Shown: positions 39,934 through 52,570 of the stretch, piece after piece
Layout of the letters: each line of letters begins with the position of its first letter
Position numbering within the stretch: position 1 is the first letter of the stretch
From: a candidate division FCPU426 bacterium
GTDB lineage: Bacteria; Oederibacteriota; PGYV01; Palsa-1178
Direction of reading: 5' to 3'
DNA length: 64,000 nt
Assembly: GCA_963840035.1 (NCBI GenBank)
Contig: CAWIXE010000002.1
Span: forward strand, 1,643,680 to 1,707,679
Made by a program: the position numbers and the translations under genes
The notes under the pieces: generated by a model
Seen by the model: only the letters and a program-made list of their open reading frames with translations
What the model was told of the DNA's origin: nothing
Databases searched by the model: none

Positions 39934-41775
39934 ATGGACGCCACGCGACGCGCTCGAGATGTCCCCGGACGGCCGCCCGGCGCAGGCAGCTCCCCCGAGT
40001 GCAGAGCGGATCGCGCTCGGGGTGGCCCTGCAGGCGCGGGCGGATGAGGTCGGCCAGTTGGTCGACGACCGGTTCGCCGTGTCGCTGCGCGGCGAGGCAT
40101 TCGCCACCGCGCGGCTGGCCACCGAGCTCATCGGCCGGTGGCTGGCCACCGACGAGGTCGCGGCGTCCGACCGAGGACGAGAGCCGTCTCCCGGCAAGGG
40201 GCGAGCAGGCCATCCTCGGAGAACGCCGACCTGGCCAGCGTGGCCAAGGCCTACTTCGCCTGGCGGGACGTGTACCATCGCGCGTCCTGACCGAGGAGGC
40301 GGTGCGCCTCGGCGTGAGCGACGAGCTGCTCGATCTGGCCTGCGACGTGGTCCGGATCAGCAGCGACGGGAGCCTCGTCCGCGTCATCCGCGAGTTCGAC
40401 GAGACCGCGCCGCGGCGCTCCAGCGTCGCCTCCGCGAGGAGCAGGCGTCGCTGGCCCACAGCGCCCTGCACGACGAGCTGACCGGACTGCCCAACCGGGC
40501 CCTGCTCACCGACCGGCTCCGGCAGGCCGCGCCGGTCGCTGGAGCCGCAGGGATACCCGGGCCATGCTGCTCTTCCTCGACCTCGACAATTTCAAGGCCA
40601 TCAACGACCGGTTCGGGCACCCGGCCGGCGACTGCCTGTTGGTCGCCGTGGCCTCCCGCCTCGAGGAGCTGGTCCGGGCGTCACGACACGGTGGCCCGTC
40701 TGGGGGGCGACGAGTTCGTCATCCTGGCCGAGGAGCTGAGCGATCCGGAAGTGGCGGCCCGGTCGCTGGCCAAGCGGATCCACGAGGCCATGCGCGCGCC
40801 GGTGACGGTCGGGGACCGCGAGCTGCTAGACGTCGGTGAGCATCGGCATCGCCGACGGTCGATGCCGGATGCCGACCCCGAGGTCAACCTGGCCCAGGCG
40901 GACGCCGCCATGTACCAGGCCAAGCGGGGTGGTCCGGCCCGCTACGAGGCATACGACGAGGACAATCGGCGCGCGACAGCCGGCGCCGGAGCCAGCTGGC
41001 CCACGACGCTGCGGGTGGCCCACGGGCTCGGGCAGCTCGTCCATCCACTACCAGCCGCTGTTCAGTCTGGGCGGTGAGATCGTCGGGATGGAGGCCCTGC
41101 TCCGCTGGGTCCATCCCGAGCTCGGCGCGGTGGCACCCGTCGAGTTCATCCCGCTGCTCGAGCAGAGCCGCGAGATCGTGCCGATCGGCCGATGGGTGCT
41201 CGAGGAGGCCACCCACCAGTGCCGGCAGTGGCAGGAGCAGGGGCAGCTCCGACGCTCGACCGTGTCGGTCAACGTCTCGGCGCCCCAGCTCCAGGACCCG
41301 GACTTCTTCGACGAGGTGCAGTCGGCGCTCCTGCGGTCCGGGCTCGACCCCGGAGTGCCTCAGTCCTCGAGGTGACCGAGTCGGTGCTGGTCGCCGATGA
41401 CGGACGGATCGGCGCCACCATGCAGCAGACTCCGGGACCTCGGCGTCCATCATGGCCCTCGACGACTTCGGCACCGGGCTACTCGTCGCTGCTGTACCTG
41501 CAAGGGTCTGCCCGATCGACCGGCTCAAGGTCGATCGGAGCTTCGTGGCCGGACTGGGCGACCCGACTCAGGATCCCACCATCCTCTCGACCGTGGTCGA
41601 CCTGGCCCACAAGCTGGACCTCTGGGTCGTGGCCCTGGGCGTGGAGACCGAAGCGGAGCTCCACGCGGTCGAAGCGATGGGGTGCGATGAGGTCCAGGGG
41701 TTCCTGCTCGGTCGGCCGGGCCCTGCGGGCGCGCACGCCGTCGGCGACGCAAGCGCGGTCCTGCTCCGCTCCTGA
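39934..41775 (+). CDS. GGDEF-EAL protein with helical N-terminal sensor domain, frameshifted
   Basis: HDELTGLPNR, DLDNFKAINDRFGH, RLGGDEF, MEALLRW, DDFGTG, LKVDRSF. Confidence 0.88.
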
Positions 41776-41798
41776 GCCCCGTCAGGCGTCGGGCACGG

Positions 41799-43195
41799 TC
41801 AGGCGTCGGCCGGAATGGCCTGCTGGGCGTCCATCATCTCGGCCATCACCATCCGGATGAACTCGTCGGCCTCGTCGGTCATCCCGCCGGCCACGCCCCC
41901 GTAGACGGCACCCGACTCCGGGTGTCTCGTCGGCGTGCTCCGCGGCGTAGGCCACCGCCTCGTCGAGGTCGGTGGCGAAGGCCTCGGACCACCGGGCCTG
42001 GGTCTGGGGCCGGGTGACCGCCATGTGCAGCGCATTGGGGTACTGCTGGCCGTTGAAGCGCCACCCGCGGCCGCGCATGAAGTCGTTCACGTGGTAGATG
42101 TCGAACTCGTCGGAGGTGAAGCTGAACAGGAAGGTCGGGATGCCCGAGGATCCGCAGTTCGGGGTGGGAGCGCACCGCCTCCTGCATGGCCGCGGAGGTC
42201 TCGAAGATCTCCTTGGCATAGCGCACGGTAGCCCTCGCGGCCGAGCTGGACCATCGACGCCCAGGTGGCGGCGAGCAGGCCACCTGAACGTGAGCCGTCC
42301 ATGCCCGGCGAGCAGTACTTGCCGCCGCTCCAGTCGGTGATGAAGAAGTACTGCGCGTTGCGCACCGCCTTGTCCCGGAAGGTCAGGACCGAGGTGCCCT
42401 TCAGCGCGTACCCGTACTTGTGGGTGTCGGCCGAGATGGAGGTCACCCCCGGGAGCCGGTAGTCGAAGACGGGAATGTCGTAGCCCAGCTCCTGGCCGAA
42501 GGGGAGGATCAACCGCCGAGGCAGCCGTCCACGTGGAGTCCGACGCCCCGGTCGAGGGCGAGGTCGGAGAGGCGCCCCGATCGGGTCGATGGTGCCGTAG
42601 CCGTAGTTGCAGGCGGATCCGACGAGGGCGACCGTGTCGGCGTCGATGTGCCGGCTCGACCCATCCGGTGTCGACCTCTGTGGTCTGCGGATCGACCGGA
42701 GCCACCCGCAGCTCGATCCCGAACAGGTGGCAGGCCTTGTCGAAGGCCGGATGGGCCGTCTCGGGTTTGATCACGTTGGGCCGGACGATGCCCCGGGTGG
42801 CGGCGGCATGGTCCCGGTAGGCGAGCATGGCGTGGCAGATGCTGCCGGTCCCGCCCGGAGGCCACCAGCCCGACCGGTTCACCGTCGGCGACCGCCTCTG
42901 CGTGGAGCAGGTCGAGGGTCATGGCGATGATCTCGGACTCGAACTTGGTCGCACTCGGGCACATGTCCCGCTGGAGCACGTTGACGTGGGCGAACAGTCC
43001 GAACGCCTCGTTCAGGAAGCCGTAGTGATCGTGGTCGCCGCAGTACATGGTGCCCGAGCAGCGTCCCGACTCCCAGACCGGTCCTCCTCGCTCTGCGATC
43101 GACCGGAGGAGCTCGAGCACCTCTGCGCGTGGCGTGCCCGTCTCGGGCAGCGTGCGGTGGACCGCCAGCCGGTCGACGTAGGGGAAGGTGCTGAT
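41799..43195 (-). CDS. PLP-dependent sphingosine-1-phosphate lyase-like enzyme, frameshifted
   Basis: CSGTMY, FESEIIAMT, AHPAFDKA, HVDGCLGG, SISADTHKYGY, GSRSGG. Confidence 0.8.
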
Positions 43196-43289
43196 GGTGG
43201 CGACTCCTTCCGGACGTGCCGCGCTCCCGGTGAGGCCCGGACCCGTCTCACGGTACACGCGGGGGCGGACCGGTCGAGAGGCGGCTCGT

Positions 43290-44500
43290 TCAGGGTCGGC
43301 GACCGTTGGGCATCAGGTTGTCGAGGCCCCACTGGTCGAGGGCGTTGAGCTGCACCTGGTCGCCGGTCGCCTCCACGATCTGGTTTCCGCCCACGTAGAT
43401 GGCCGTGTGGTCGACGCTCGTCCAGCCGACGTGGGTTCTCCCCAGAACACGAGGTCGCCGGCCACGAGGTCGTTGAGCGCCACCGGTGTGCCGGCTGTCT
43501 CGTACTGGTCGTCGGCGACCCGGGCGAAGCCGATGCCGGCTCCGTGGACCCACGAGGCGAGGGCCAGGCCCGAGCAGTCGTAGCCGACGGGGCCGTTCCC
43601 TCCCCAGATGTACGGCTTGCCGAGCTGCTGGAATGCGAAGAGCACCGCCCGGTCACCCGGGGTCACCGCGGAGAAGAGCAGCGCCTGGGAGGGGGGGTCC
43701 GCGTGGTCGCGTCCCCAAAGGCGGTCGCCGTCCCGTTCTGCTGGATGATCCAGTAGCCGTCGCCGGTGCCGGTGGCCACCAGCCGCGCTGTGGGCTCGGC
43801 CGAGCCCGGTCGGCGCCGTGGAAGCCGGCATCGCCGAAGGCGAAGATGCCCCCGTCGGACGCGACCATCCAATAGCCCCCACCGTTGGGGGTCGGCGCCA
43901 TGCCGACGATGGGCTGATTGAGCACGAGATTGCCGGTCGACCCGTGGAACGCGGCGTCCCCGAACGAGAAGATGCCCCCGTCGGACGCCACGAGCCAGTA
44001 GCCGCGGCCGTCGGCAGTCGGCGCCATGCCCACGATGGGCTTGTTGAGCACGAGATTGCCGGTCGACCCGAAGAAGCTCGCGTCGCCGAAGGAGAAGATG
44101 CCCCCGTCGGAGGCCACGAGCCAGTAGCCACCACCGTCCGGGGTGGGCGCCACCCCCACGATGGGCTTGTTGAGCACGAGATTGCCGGTCGACCCGAAGA
44201 AGTGGGCGTCGCCGTAGCTGAACACCCCTCCGTCGGAGGCGACGAGCCAGTAGCCGTGCGCCGGGGGTCGTGGCGGTCGCCACGACCGGTCGGTTGAGGG
44301 GTCCCGGGGGTGATCCGTACGCCGGGACGCCGAAGGCCTCGACAGGTCCGGCTGCGGTGGCCAGCCAGAACTCGGAGGAAACCGCCGAGGGAAGGCCGGT
44401 GACCGTGGTGTCGTGGGCGGAGACCCCGGCAGCCCCGCGGCACCGGTGCTGCGACGGCGCCGCCCACCACGGCCGCGATCAGGCCCAGGCCGACGCGCAT
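43290..44500 (-). CDS. Secreted NlpC/P60 peptidoglycan hydrolase with [10 protein letters not shown] repeats, frameshifted
   Basis: [21 protein letters not shown] and HTAIYVG catalytic motifs. Confidence 0.85.
43820..44255 (-). repeat. 126-bp (42-aa) coding tandem repeat, about 3.5 copies
   Basis: [42 protein letters not shown]; AGCACGAGAT recurs at 43921, 44047 and 44173. Confidence 0.92.
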
Positions 44501-44645
44501 CCACAGATTCCGTCTCTGAGAACATGCCCCAGCCCCTCGCACGCCCGTGTGACCGCGTTGATCACACCTAGAGTGATATTACCGCCACGTAGCGCGGTTT
44601 ATCCAGTGCGATTTCGGCCCGATGTGCCCGGTGGCTCGGGGAGGC

Positions 44646-45435
44646 TCAGCGCAGCGTGGCGATCCCGCCGTCGACCGGGATCACGGCCCCGGTGACGTAG
44701 GACCCGGCCCGCGAGGCGAGGAAGAGGGTCACCCCGGCCATGTCGTCTGGCCGGCCGATCCGCTTGAGCGGGGCCGAGGCGATGATCTGGTCGCCGAAGG
44801 CGTCGAGCGTGGCCGCCATCATCTTCGACTCGAAGGGTCCCGGCGCCACGGCGTTGACGGTGATGGTCGGGGCCAGCCGCTTGGCCAGGTGGCGGGTCAG
44901 CTGGTGCACCGCCGCCTTCGAGGCCGAGTACGAGTAGGACTCGAGGGCCGGGACGTGGATCCCGTCGATCGACCCGATGTTGATCACCCGGGCGGGTCGT
45001 CTGGCGGACCCGCCGCCCCGAGGAGCGGCAGGAAGAACTTGGTGGTGTGGAAGACGCCCTGCACGTTGAGGTTGAGCACCCGGTCCCACGAGGCCGTGTC
45101 GTGCTCCTCCAGTGGCGCGCCCCAGGTGGCTCCGGCGTTGTTGACGAGCACATCGACCCGCGGTGTTCGGTCGCCACATCCTCTGCGAAGGTCCGTGCCC
45201 CCTCCTCGTGGGAGAGGTCGGCGACCATCCCGGAGCACGCGCCGAACGCAGAGAGCTCCGCAACCGCGCTCTCGACCGCGTCGGCCTTGCGAGAGGCCAC
45301 GACGACGGTCGCCCCCGCGGCAACGAACCCGCCGCGATCATGCGACCGATCCCCCGGGTGCCCCCGGTGACCACGACGGTCTTTCCGGCCACCGAGAACA
45401 GCTCTGCCCGCGGGTGGGTGCTGTGCGTCGCTCAT
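44646..45435 (-). CDS. Short-chain dehydrogenase/reductase, frameshifted
   Basis: VTGGTRGIG, LVNNAG, YSASK, NAVAPG, VDGG. Confidence 0.88.
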
Positions 45436-45510
45436 GGCCTGCGACGGTATCCCACGCCGGGGTACCGGGCCGGCCGTGTTGGTAGGGTCCCGCGCGATGG
45501 GAGCGATCCG

Positions 45511-46669
45511 GTGCGCCTGGCGCTGACCGACGAGCAGGAGGAGCTCCGCCTCACCCTGCGCTCCTACTTCGCAGGTCTGGTGGAGGAGGTCGCGGGACCC
45601 GGCGATGGGCGACCCGACCTACGTGCGCTACATCCGGCGGATGGGTGCGGACGGCTGGCTCGGCATCGGCTGGCCCGTCGAGTACGGGGGCCAGGCCCGC
45701 GGGCCGGTCGACCAGATGATCTTCGTCGAGGAGTCGCACTGGGCCGGGGTTCCCCTGCCGCTCCTCACCCTCAACAGCGTGGGCCCCGCCATCATGCGCT
45801 GGGCACCGACGAGCAGAAGCAGCGGATCCTCCCGGGCATCCTTCGGGGTGAGGTCCACTTCTCGATCGGCTACACCGAACCCACAGCCGGTACCGACCTG
45901 GCCGTCGCTGCGGACACGGGCCGTCCGCGACGGAGACGAGTACGTGATCAACGGTGAGAAGCTCTACACGAGTGCCATCCAGTACGCCGACTACGTCTGG
46001 CTGGCCGCCCGGACCGACCCGGATGTGCCCAAGCACAAGGGTCTCTCGGTCTTCATCGTGCCGACCGACACGCCCGGGTTCAGTTGGACCCCGCTGCCAA
46101 CGGTGGCCGGCGAGTTCACCAGCTCGACCTACTACGAGGACGTGCGGGTGCCCGCCGCCAACCTGGTCGGCGGCGAGAACCAGGGGTGGACCCTCATGAC
46201 CAACCAGCTCAACCACGAGCGGGTGGCCATCTGCCCGGTCTCCGGCATCCTGCGCAGCATCGACGAGGTCCGGAGCTGGGCCCGGGAGGAGTGCCTGCCC
46301 GACGGGCGCCGGGTCATCGACCAGGAGTGGGTCCGGGTCCACCTGGCCCGGCTCTGGGCCCGGGCGGAGTACCTGAAGCTGCTCAACTGGAACGTGGCCT
46401 GGGCCGCGGACAAGGGGCTCAGCCCGGCCGACGCATCGGCCACCAAGGTCTACGGCAGCGAGTTCGCCCTCGAGGCGTATCGGCTCCTGCTCGAGATCGT
46501 GGGCCAGTCCGGCTACCTGCCCGAGGGTTCACCGGGTGCTGTGCTCCGGGGCCGGCTCGAGCAGCAGTCCCGGAGCCAGACCATCTTCACCTTCGGCGGC
46601 GGCACCAACGAGATCCAGCGCGACATCATCTCCTGGATCGGCCTCGGGATGCCCCGGGCACCCCGGTAG
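45511..46669 (+). CDS. Acyl-CoA dehydrogenase (actinobacterial FadE type), frameshifted
   Basis: GWPVEYGGQ, IGYTEP.AGTDL, YVINGEK, LNHER, TFGGGTNEIQRDII. Confidence 0.9.
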
Positions 46670-46694
46670 GCCGCCGGGCAGGGAAGGAGCAGTC

Positions 46695-47485
46695 GTGGAA
46701 TTCGCATCCGTCGACGGCACGAAGATCGCCTATGACGACTCGGGCGGAGACGGTCCGGTCGTGCTGCTGGCCCACGGGTTGTTGATGGACCGGACCATGT
46801 TCGCACCGCAGGTGGAGGCGCTCCGGGACGGCTTCCGGGTCGTCACCTGGGACGCGCGGGGCTTCGGGGAGACCCTCTACGACGGGCGCCCGTTCACCTT
46901 CTGGGACCTTGCCGCGGACGGCCTCGGCCTCCTCGACGCGCTGGGGGTCGGGGAGGCGGTCGTGGGAGGCATGTCCCAAGGTGGCTTCGTCTCGCTCCGG
47001 ATGGCCCTCCTCGCCCCCGAGCGGGTCCGCGCCCTCATCCTCCTCGACACCCAGGCCGGGACCGAGGATCCGGACGTCGTCCCGCTCTACCGGCAGATGA
47101 TCGACGCATGGTCCTCCAACGGCCTCTCCGACGAGCTCGCCGAGGTGATCGCCTCGATCATCGTGGGGGAGCCCGAACTGTCGAAGGTCTGGATAGCCAA
47201 GTGGAAGGCCAGGCCCCGGGAATCGATCGCCGCGCCCGGGGACGCGCCCTCATCGAACGGGATGACCTGACCGGACGACTGGGGGAGATCACCGCCCCGG
47301 CTCTGGTCGTGCACGGCACGGCCGACGCGGGCATCCCACTCGACCGGGCAGAGGCGCTTGCCGCGGGTCTGTCGGGTTCCGACGGGGTGCACATCGTCCA
47401 GGACGGCACCCACGCGGCCAGCCTGACCCATCCGGGAGCGGTCAACGACGCCATCGCGAGCTTCCTGCGGTCGGCCCTGGTCTGA
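46695..47485 (+). CDS. Alpha/beta-fold hydrolase, frameshifted
   Basis: LAHGLLM, WDARGFG, GMSQGG, VHGTAD, THAASL. Confidence 0.85.
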
Positions 47486-47501
47486 GGGACCCGACGAGTC
47501 C

Positions 47502-49200
47502 CTAGGCCTGGGTCCGCGACCCGGTCGCGGTGGGCATGACCAGATGGACGCCGGTGAACGTGACCGCCCCTCCGAGGCGGGGCTGCGCGTACGCCACGGT
47601 AGTGGCCACGAGCTGGAGCTCGAGGTGCGAGGAGGCGCTGGCCGTGTACGCCACCATCTCGAGTGGCACCGAGGTGGCATGTGTCGACCCGTCGAGGGTC
47701 GACCGGGACGGGGGTGATCTGGTTGCCGAGGACGAGCCCGGTTGCCGTGTCCACCAGCTGGGCGAAGACCCGCGTGGGACGGGATCCGGTCCCGGCGGTC
47801 CCGTGGTAGGTCAGGGTCAGCCGGGGTGCTCCGACCAGCACCGCAGATCGCTCGACGGTGATCGGCACGTCGACCGCGTTGGTGGCCGGTGTGGGGGTGA
47901 TCGGTGCGACCAGCCCGGAGAGCGTCTGGCTCGACGCACCCACCGGAATGGTGGTGAGCGGTCCAGCGCCGCCGGTGGCCACGAGCGGAAGGGTGCCCGA
48001 TCCCGAGGCGGTGATCGGGGCGCCGGCCTGAGGCGGGTACGAGGGAGCCGTGTAGGTGGTGCCGTCCTGGTTCACGGAGCTGAACCCCGGTCCGGTGTCG
48101 ACCGAGGTGTCTCGCTGCAGGTAGCGCTTGAGCCACGCCAGGGTGGCCTGTTCGCTGGCGAGAGGGTTGCCCGTCGGGGTAAGGCAGACTCCGTGGCCGC
48201 CGCAGAACCACTGCATGGCGGTGGGGACGTCATGGGCGCGCAGGATCTCGTAGTTGTCCACACCTTCCTGGAGGGTGAACAGCGTGTCGACGGTCCCCTG
48301 CACGAAGAGGGTCGGCACACGGATGCGGGCCACCAGGGCACCCGGTCCCCGGGCGGCGAACCAGGTGGCCTCGGTCGGGGTGATGGTGCCGCTCGCCTCG
48401 ACGGTCCGGAAGGTGCCGGTCACCTCGGGCGCCAGGTGGTCGGTCGTCGCGGCGCTGACCAGCACGCCCGCCCAGCCGATCTTCGGGGTGGACGCCTTGT
48501 CCAGGCTCGTACTGAGCGAGTGCCACGCGATGGTGGGCACGATGGCGTCGATCCGGCAGTCCGTCGCGGCGGCCACGAGCTGGATGCCGCCCCCGTAGGA
48601 CCCACCGACCATCCCGACCCGCGGATCGCCGGGGGAGTCGAGCTGGACGCCGGGCATGGTTGCGAGCCAGTCGATGAGCGTGCTGACGTCCCGCCCCTCG
48701 TACGCCGGGCTGTCGACTTCGGCCAGGCCGCCCGAGGCGCCGAAGCCGCGCGGGTCCCAGGTGAGCACGTTGTAGCCGGCGTCGAGGAGGTCGCGGATCT
48801 GGATCCCGCCGAGGAGGGCGGTGGTCTGGGTGCTCACGGTCTGGGTGTCGGTATCGCCGGCGAGGCCCCAGCCCGGACCCATGAGGACGGTCGGGTGCGG
48901 ACCGGTCCCGGAGCCGGGCACGTCGTTCGAGAGGGGGAACCAGTGGGCACGGATGAGCGTGCCGTCGAAGGAGCGGACGGTCCAGTCGGTGCTCGACCCG
49001 GGCACCCGGGTCGCGACGACCGGGTGGGCCGGAACCGGGTAGTGACAGGCGGCGGCCGCCGCTGGGGGTGTCGGCCCCGAGGTCCCGCTGGCGGTGGAGG
49101 CCGACGAGCACCCGGCGAGGGGGCCCACGACCAGGACGAGGAGCGCGGCGATCCGCCACGTCCGGGGGAGCTGGGATCTGTGACCGGGGGAGCGCACGGG
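47502..49200 (-). CDS. Secreted/lipoprotein CocE/NonD (S15) family hydrolase
   Basis: Lipobox LAGC; WDPRGFG, GGSYGGG, QGTVDTLF, GGHG. Confidence 0.82.
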
Positions 49201-49238
49201 CGGAGTGTTGCACCGCCGGGTGGCTCCGGCAATCCGGG

Positions 49239-49580
49239 TCAACGGGTCAGTGGCGCCCGCGGCTCGTAGGGGCGGGGGGTCCCGAGCGGGTCGCGCGGGC
49301 CCTCCGTGCTCGCCGCGCGTTGCCGACCGGCCTCGTTGGGAGCGGGCCAGCCGATGTTCCGGAGATCGCGGATGCGGACGTGGAGCAGGTAGTCACGGCG
49401 TTGCCGCAGCTCCTCGACCTCGGCACGCTGACTCGTCGAGAGGGGCGCGCCGGTCTCCACGAGGCCCTGCATGAGCCGGTGGAAGGCGAGGTCCGCCTCG
49501 AGGTAGTTGGCGAGCGACGCCCGGAGCGCCTCCTGCACGTCCTGGGGAATCGCCGACACCGGGCCACCACCCTTCGACAC
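49239..49580 (-). CDS. Small hypothetical protein
   Basis: 113-aa ORF with plausible helical composition (IPQDVQEALRASLANYLEADLAFHRL). Confidence 0.45.
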   Translation of the reverse strand: MSKGGGPVSAIPQDVQEALRASLANYLEADLAFHRLMQGLVETGAPLSTSQRAEVEELRQRRDYLLHVRIRDLRNIGWPAPNEAGRQRAASTEGPRDPLGTPRPYEPRAPLTR

Positions 49581-49676
49581 CCAGCCACCGCCCTTCGGAG
49601 ATCTCGAGTTCGAGCGTACCCCCGGGATGGCGAGGGTTGGCGGATCTCGGGTGCGGGCGGGTCGTCCGGTGTGCGC

Positions 49677-51600
49677 TCAGCTCCGACGGGCCAGAGCCGC
49701 CAACCCGGGGAGGACCTTCGGTGCCATGAGGTCGCCGGCAGCGAAGGTGGTGTGGACCCCGTCGACCATGCGCACGACCTTTCCGTCGATCGTCCAGGTG
49801 AAGTGGCCCTTCGGGTCCATCAGGCGATTGAGCGGGATGACGGTGACGAAGCCGCGGTTGTGGGCCGCCACCTGCCCGATGATCGCGTTGAGCCGGTCGA
49901 CCCGGGCGGGGTCGTCCTCGGGCCAGGGCTGTCCGTCGAGCTGCTCACCGCTGTCGAAGTAGGGAGCGGTGGTCAGCGCGACCTGGGCGCCCTCGGAGTG
50001 GAGCACGGTGACCGCGCGCTCGTACTGGATCGTCTCGTCGGCGGCCAGGTCCGGGTCGAGGAGGCTCTGCCACCGGCCCTCGTACCATTGGGTCATCGTC
50101 TCCCACCACCCCTCGGTCAACACCACGACACGTGGATGGAATTCGGTGAGGTACGACTTCCACAGGGTGGGCCAGGACGAGCACGGCGAGATCGGAGTGG
50201 TCGTGCCCCCGTGTTCGACGTAGGGGCCGTCGGTGGCCAGCCCGCAACCGGGCATCGGGCGGCCCTGGATCACGATGCCGTAGTGGGGCGCGGGGCGAGG
50301 AAGCCGCCGGCGAAGGTCAACGAGAGCGAGTCGCCGACGAAGAGGATCGTGGGGTCGGTTCCGTCGCCACGGGTGGTCGACCGGACGTTGCTGGTGTTGA
50401 GGAGGAGGTTCTGGCGGGCCCCCCCGCCCACGGCGCCGACCGCCAGCACGGCGGTCACCGCGAGGATGCCGACCGGCACCAGGACCCAGGAGCGACGGCC
50501 CCGGAAGGACAGCTGGCGCACCGGCCGCTCGACCAGGTACCACGAGCAGACGGCGAAGCCCAGGCTCACCGCGCACCGGAGCGCGAACAGTTCCAGGCCG
50601 TCGAGGCCGGTGCGGGCGTGGTCGATGACCAGGAAGATCGGCCAGTGCCAGAGGTAGAGGCCGTAGGAGATGCGCCCGAGGTATCTGACCGGACCGAGTG
50701 AGAGCGCCGCGCGAGACGAGGCTGCGAGGCGCCTTGGTGACTCCGAGGATGACCACTGCCACCAGGAGGTCGGCGAGCAGGAACCCGCCCCGGTAGAGGA
50801 GCGACGCGTCGCTCCCGGTCACCCACCAGACGGCGGCGAATCCGATGACCGCCGTTGCGGCCAGACCCGAGTAGCTGCGGATGGCCGTCCGGCCCACCGC
50901 CGGTGTGCTCCGGCTGAGGAGGATGGCGGCCGCGGCCCCGACCAGGATGTCCTGGGCCCGGGTGTCGGTCCCCAAGTAGAGCCGGCTCGGATCCATCTGG
51001 TTGTGGTAGCGGAGGGCCATCTCGAGGGCCGAGAGGGCGATACCGGTCAGGGTCACCGCGAGCAGGACCCTGGTCGATCGCCGGAGGGTCAGGACTCCGA
51101 GCACCACGAGTGGCCAGAGCACGTAGAACTGCTCCTCGATGGCCAGGGTCCAGGTGTGGAGGAGCGGGGAGAACGCGGACACGTGGGCGAAATAGCTCTG
51201 GCCGGTCACGATCTGGTGCCAGTTCCCGACGTAGAAGAGCGTGCTCAGGGCGTCGCCTCGCAGGGACGACTGGGTCCCGGCCGGGGCGAACAGCCAGGCG
51301 TAGAGGAGGATGCCGCCGAGGAGGACCAGCAGCGCAGGAAGCAGCCGCCGGGCGCGTCTGGCCCAGAAGGCGCCGAGTCGGATGGTCGCCGTCCGGGTCC
51401 ACTCCTTGAGCAACAGGAGGGTGATCAGGAAGCCGCTCAGGACGAAGAAGACGTTGACCCCGAGGATTCCGCTCGGTGGCCCAGCCGAACCCGCCGTGAT
51501 TGACCAGGACGCTCGCGATGGCGACCGCCCGCAGCCCGTCGAGCGCGGGCATGTACTCGAGTTGGACCCCGACCCCGAGCGCCGGGCCGGTCCCGGCAGG
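49677..51600 (-). CDS. Acyltransferase-3 + SGNH domain protein (OatA/OafA-like), frameshifted
   Basis: PALDGLRAVA, FWARRARRLLPA, HTWTLAIEEQFY, GDSL and DGVH SGNH motifs. Confidence 0.88.
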
Positions 51601-51632
51601 GGCGACCGTGTCCCCCTGCTGCGCCTGGCCGG

Positions 51633-52559
51633 TCAGCGCCCGGCCTCCTCGCGCTGCCAGGTCGGGCCGCCCGGTGACCCGACGGGGGAGGGGAGTGGGA
51701 TCCGGAAGACCCTGGCCGCGTTGTCCCGCAGGAACCTGGGCCACACCTCGTCCCGGAAGGGGACGTGCTCCATGTCGGCGAAGATCCGTTCGAGGGTGAG
51801 CCCCATCGGGTAGTACCCGGCGTACATCACCTTGTCCGATCCGCGGGTGTTGGCATAGTCGATGATCGCCTCCGGGTAGTGCTTCGGCGCGAACGCCGAG
51901 GTCATGTAGTGGAGCCCGGGCCACTTGAGCATGAGCTTGACCGCCAGCGCCTCCCAGGGTTCGCCACCGTGCCGCATGACGATCCGGAGCTCGGGGAAGT
52001 CGTAGCAGACGTCGTCGAAGTGCAGGACGTCCTGGCAAGCGGACGGGACCCGCGGCCCCGCGATCCCCGCATTGAGGACGATCGGCAGATCGAGGTCGAT
52101 GCAGACCTGGTACACCGGGTAGTAGCGGCGGTCCGAGACCGGCACCTGCGGGGGCACCCGGCCGGGAAGGAGGTGACCGCCTTGATCCCGTGTTCGGCGT
52201 GCGCCTCGCGGATCGCCCGCACCGTCCCGGTGATGTCGTTCGGGTCCACCTCGAGCCCGGCGACGAACCGGTCGGGGAACTCGCGGAGCGCCCGGGCTGC
52301 CGACTCCGACCCGAGGTGGACGAGGCCGATCGCGATCCCGTGGCGGTCCATGGCTGCCACCGTCGCCGTGACGGGATCACCCGTCTCGGCATCGACCGGG
52401 TCGGGGACGTCGGTGAAGAGGTAGCCGGCGGGAAACGCCATCTTCCGGCTCTCCTCGTCCTTCAGGAGGGGCGCCATGAAGTGGTACCTGGCCTCCGGAC
52501 GCGGCGTCGGGAATCCGATCATCAGATCGATGGTCCCGATGTTCGCGGGGGAATCCCAT
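51633..52559 (-). CDS. Amidohydrolase_2 family protein, frameshifted
   Basis: DLMIGFP, FPELRIVMRHGGEPW, KVMYAGYYP, FLRDNAARVF. Confidence 0.85.
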
Positions 52560-52570
52560 CGTCCCCGGGT

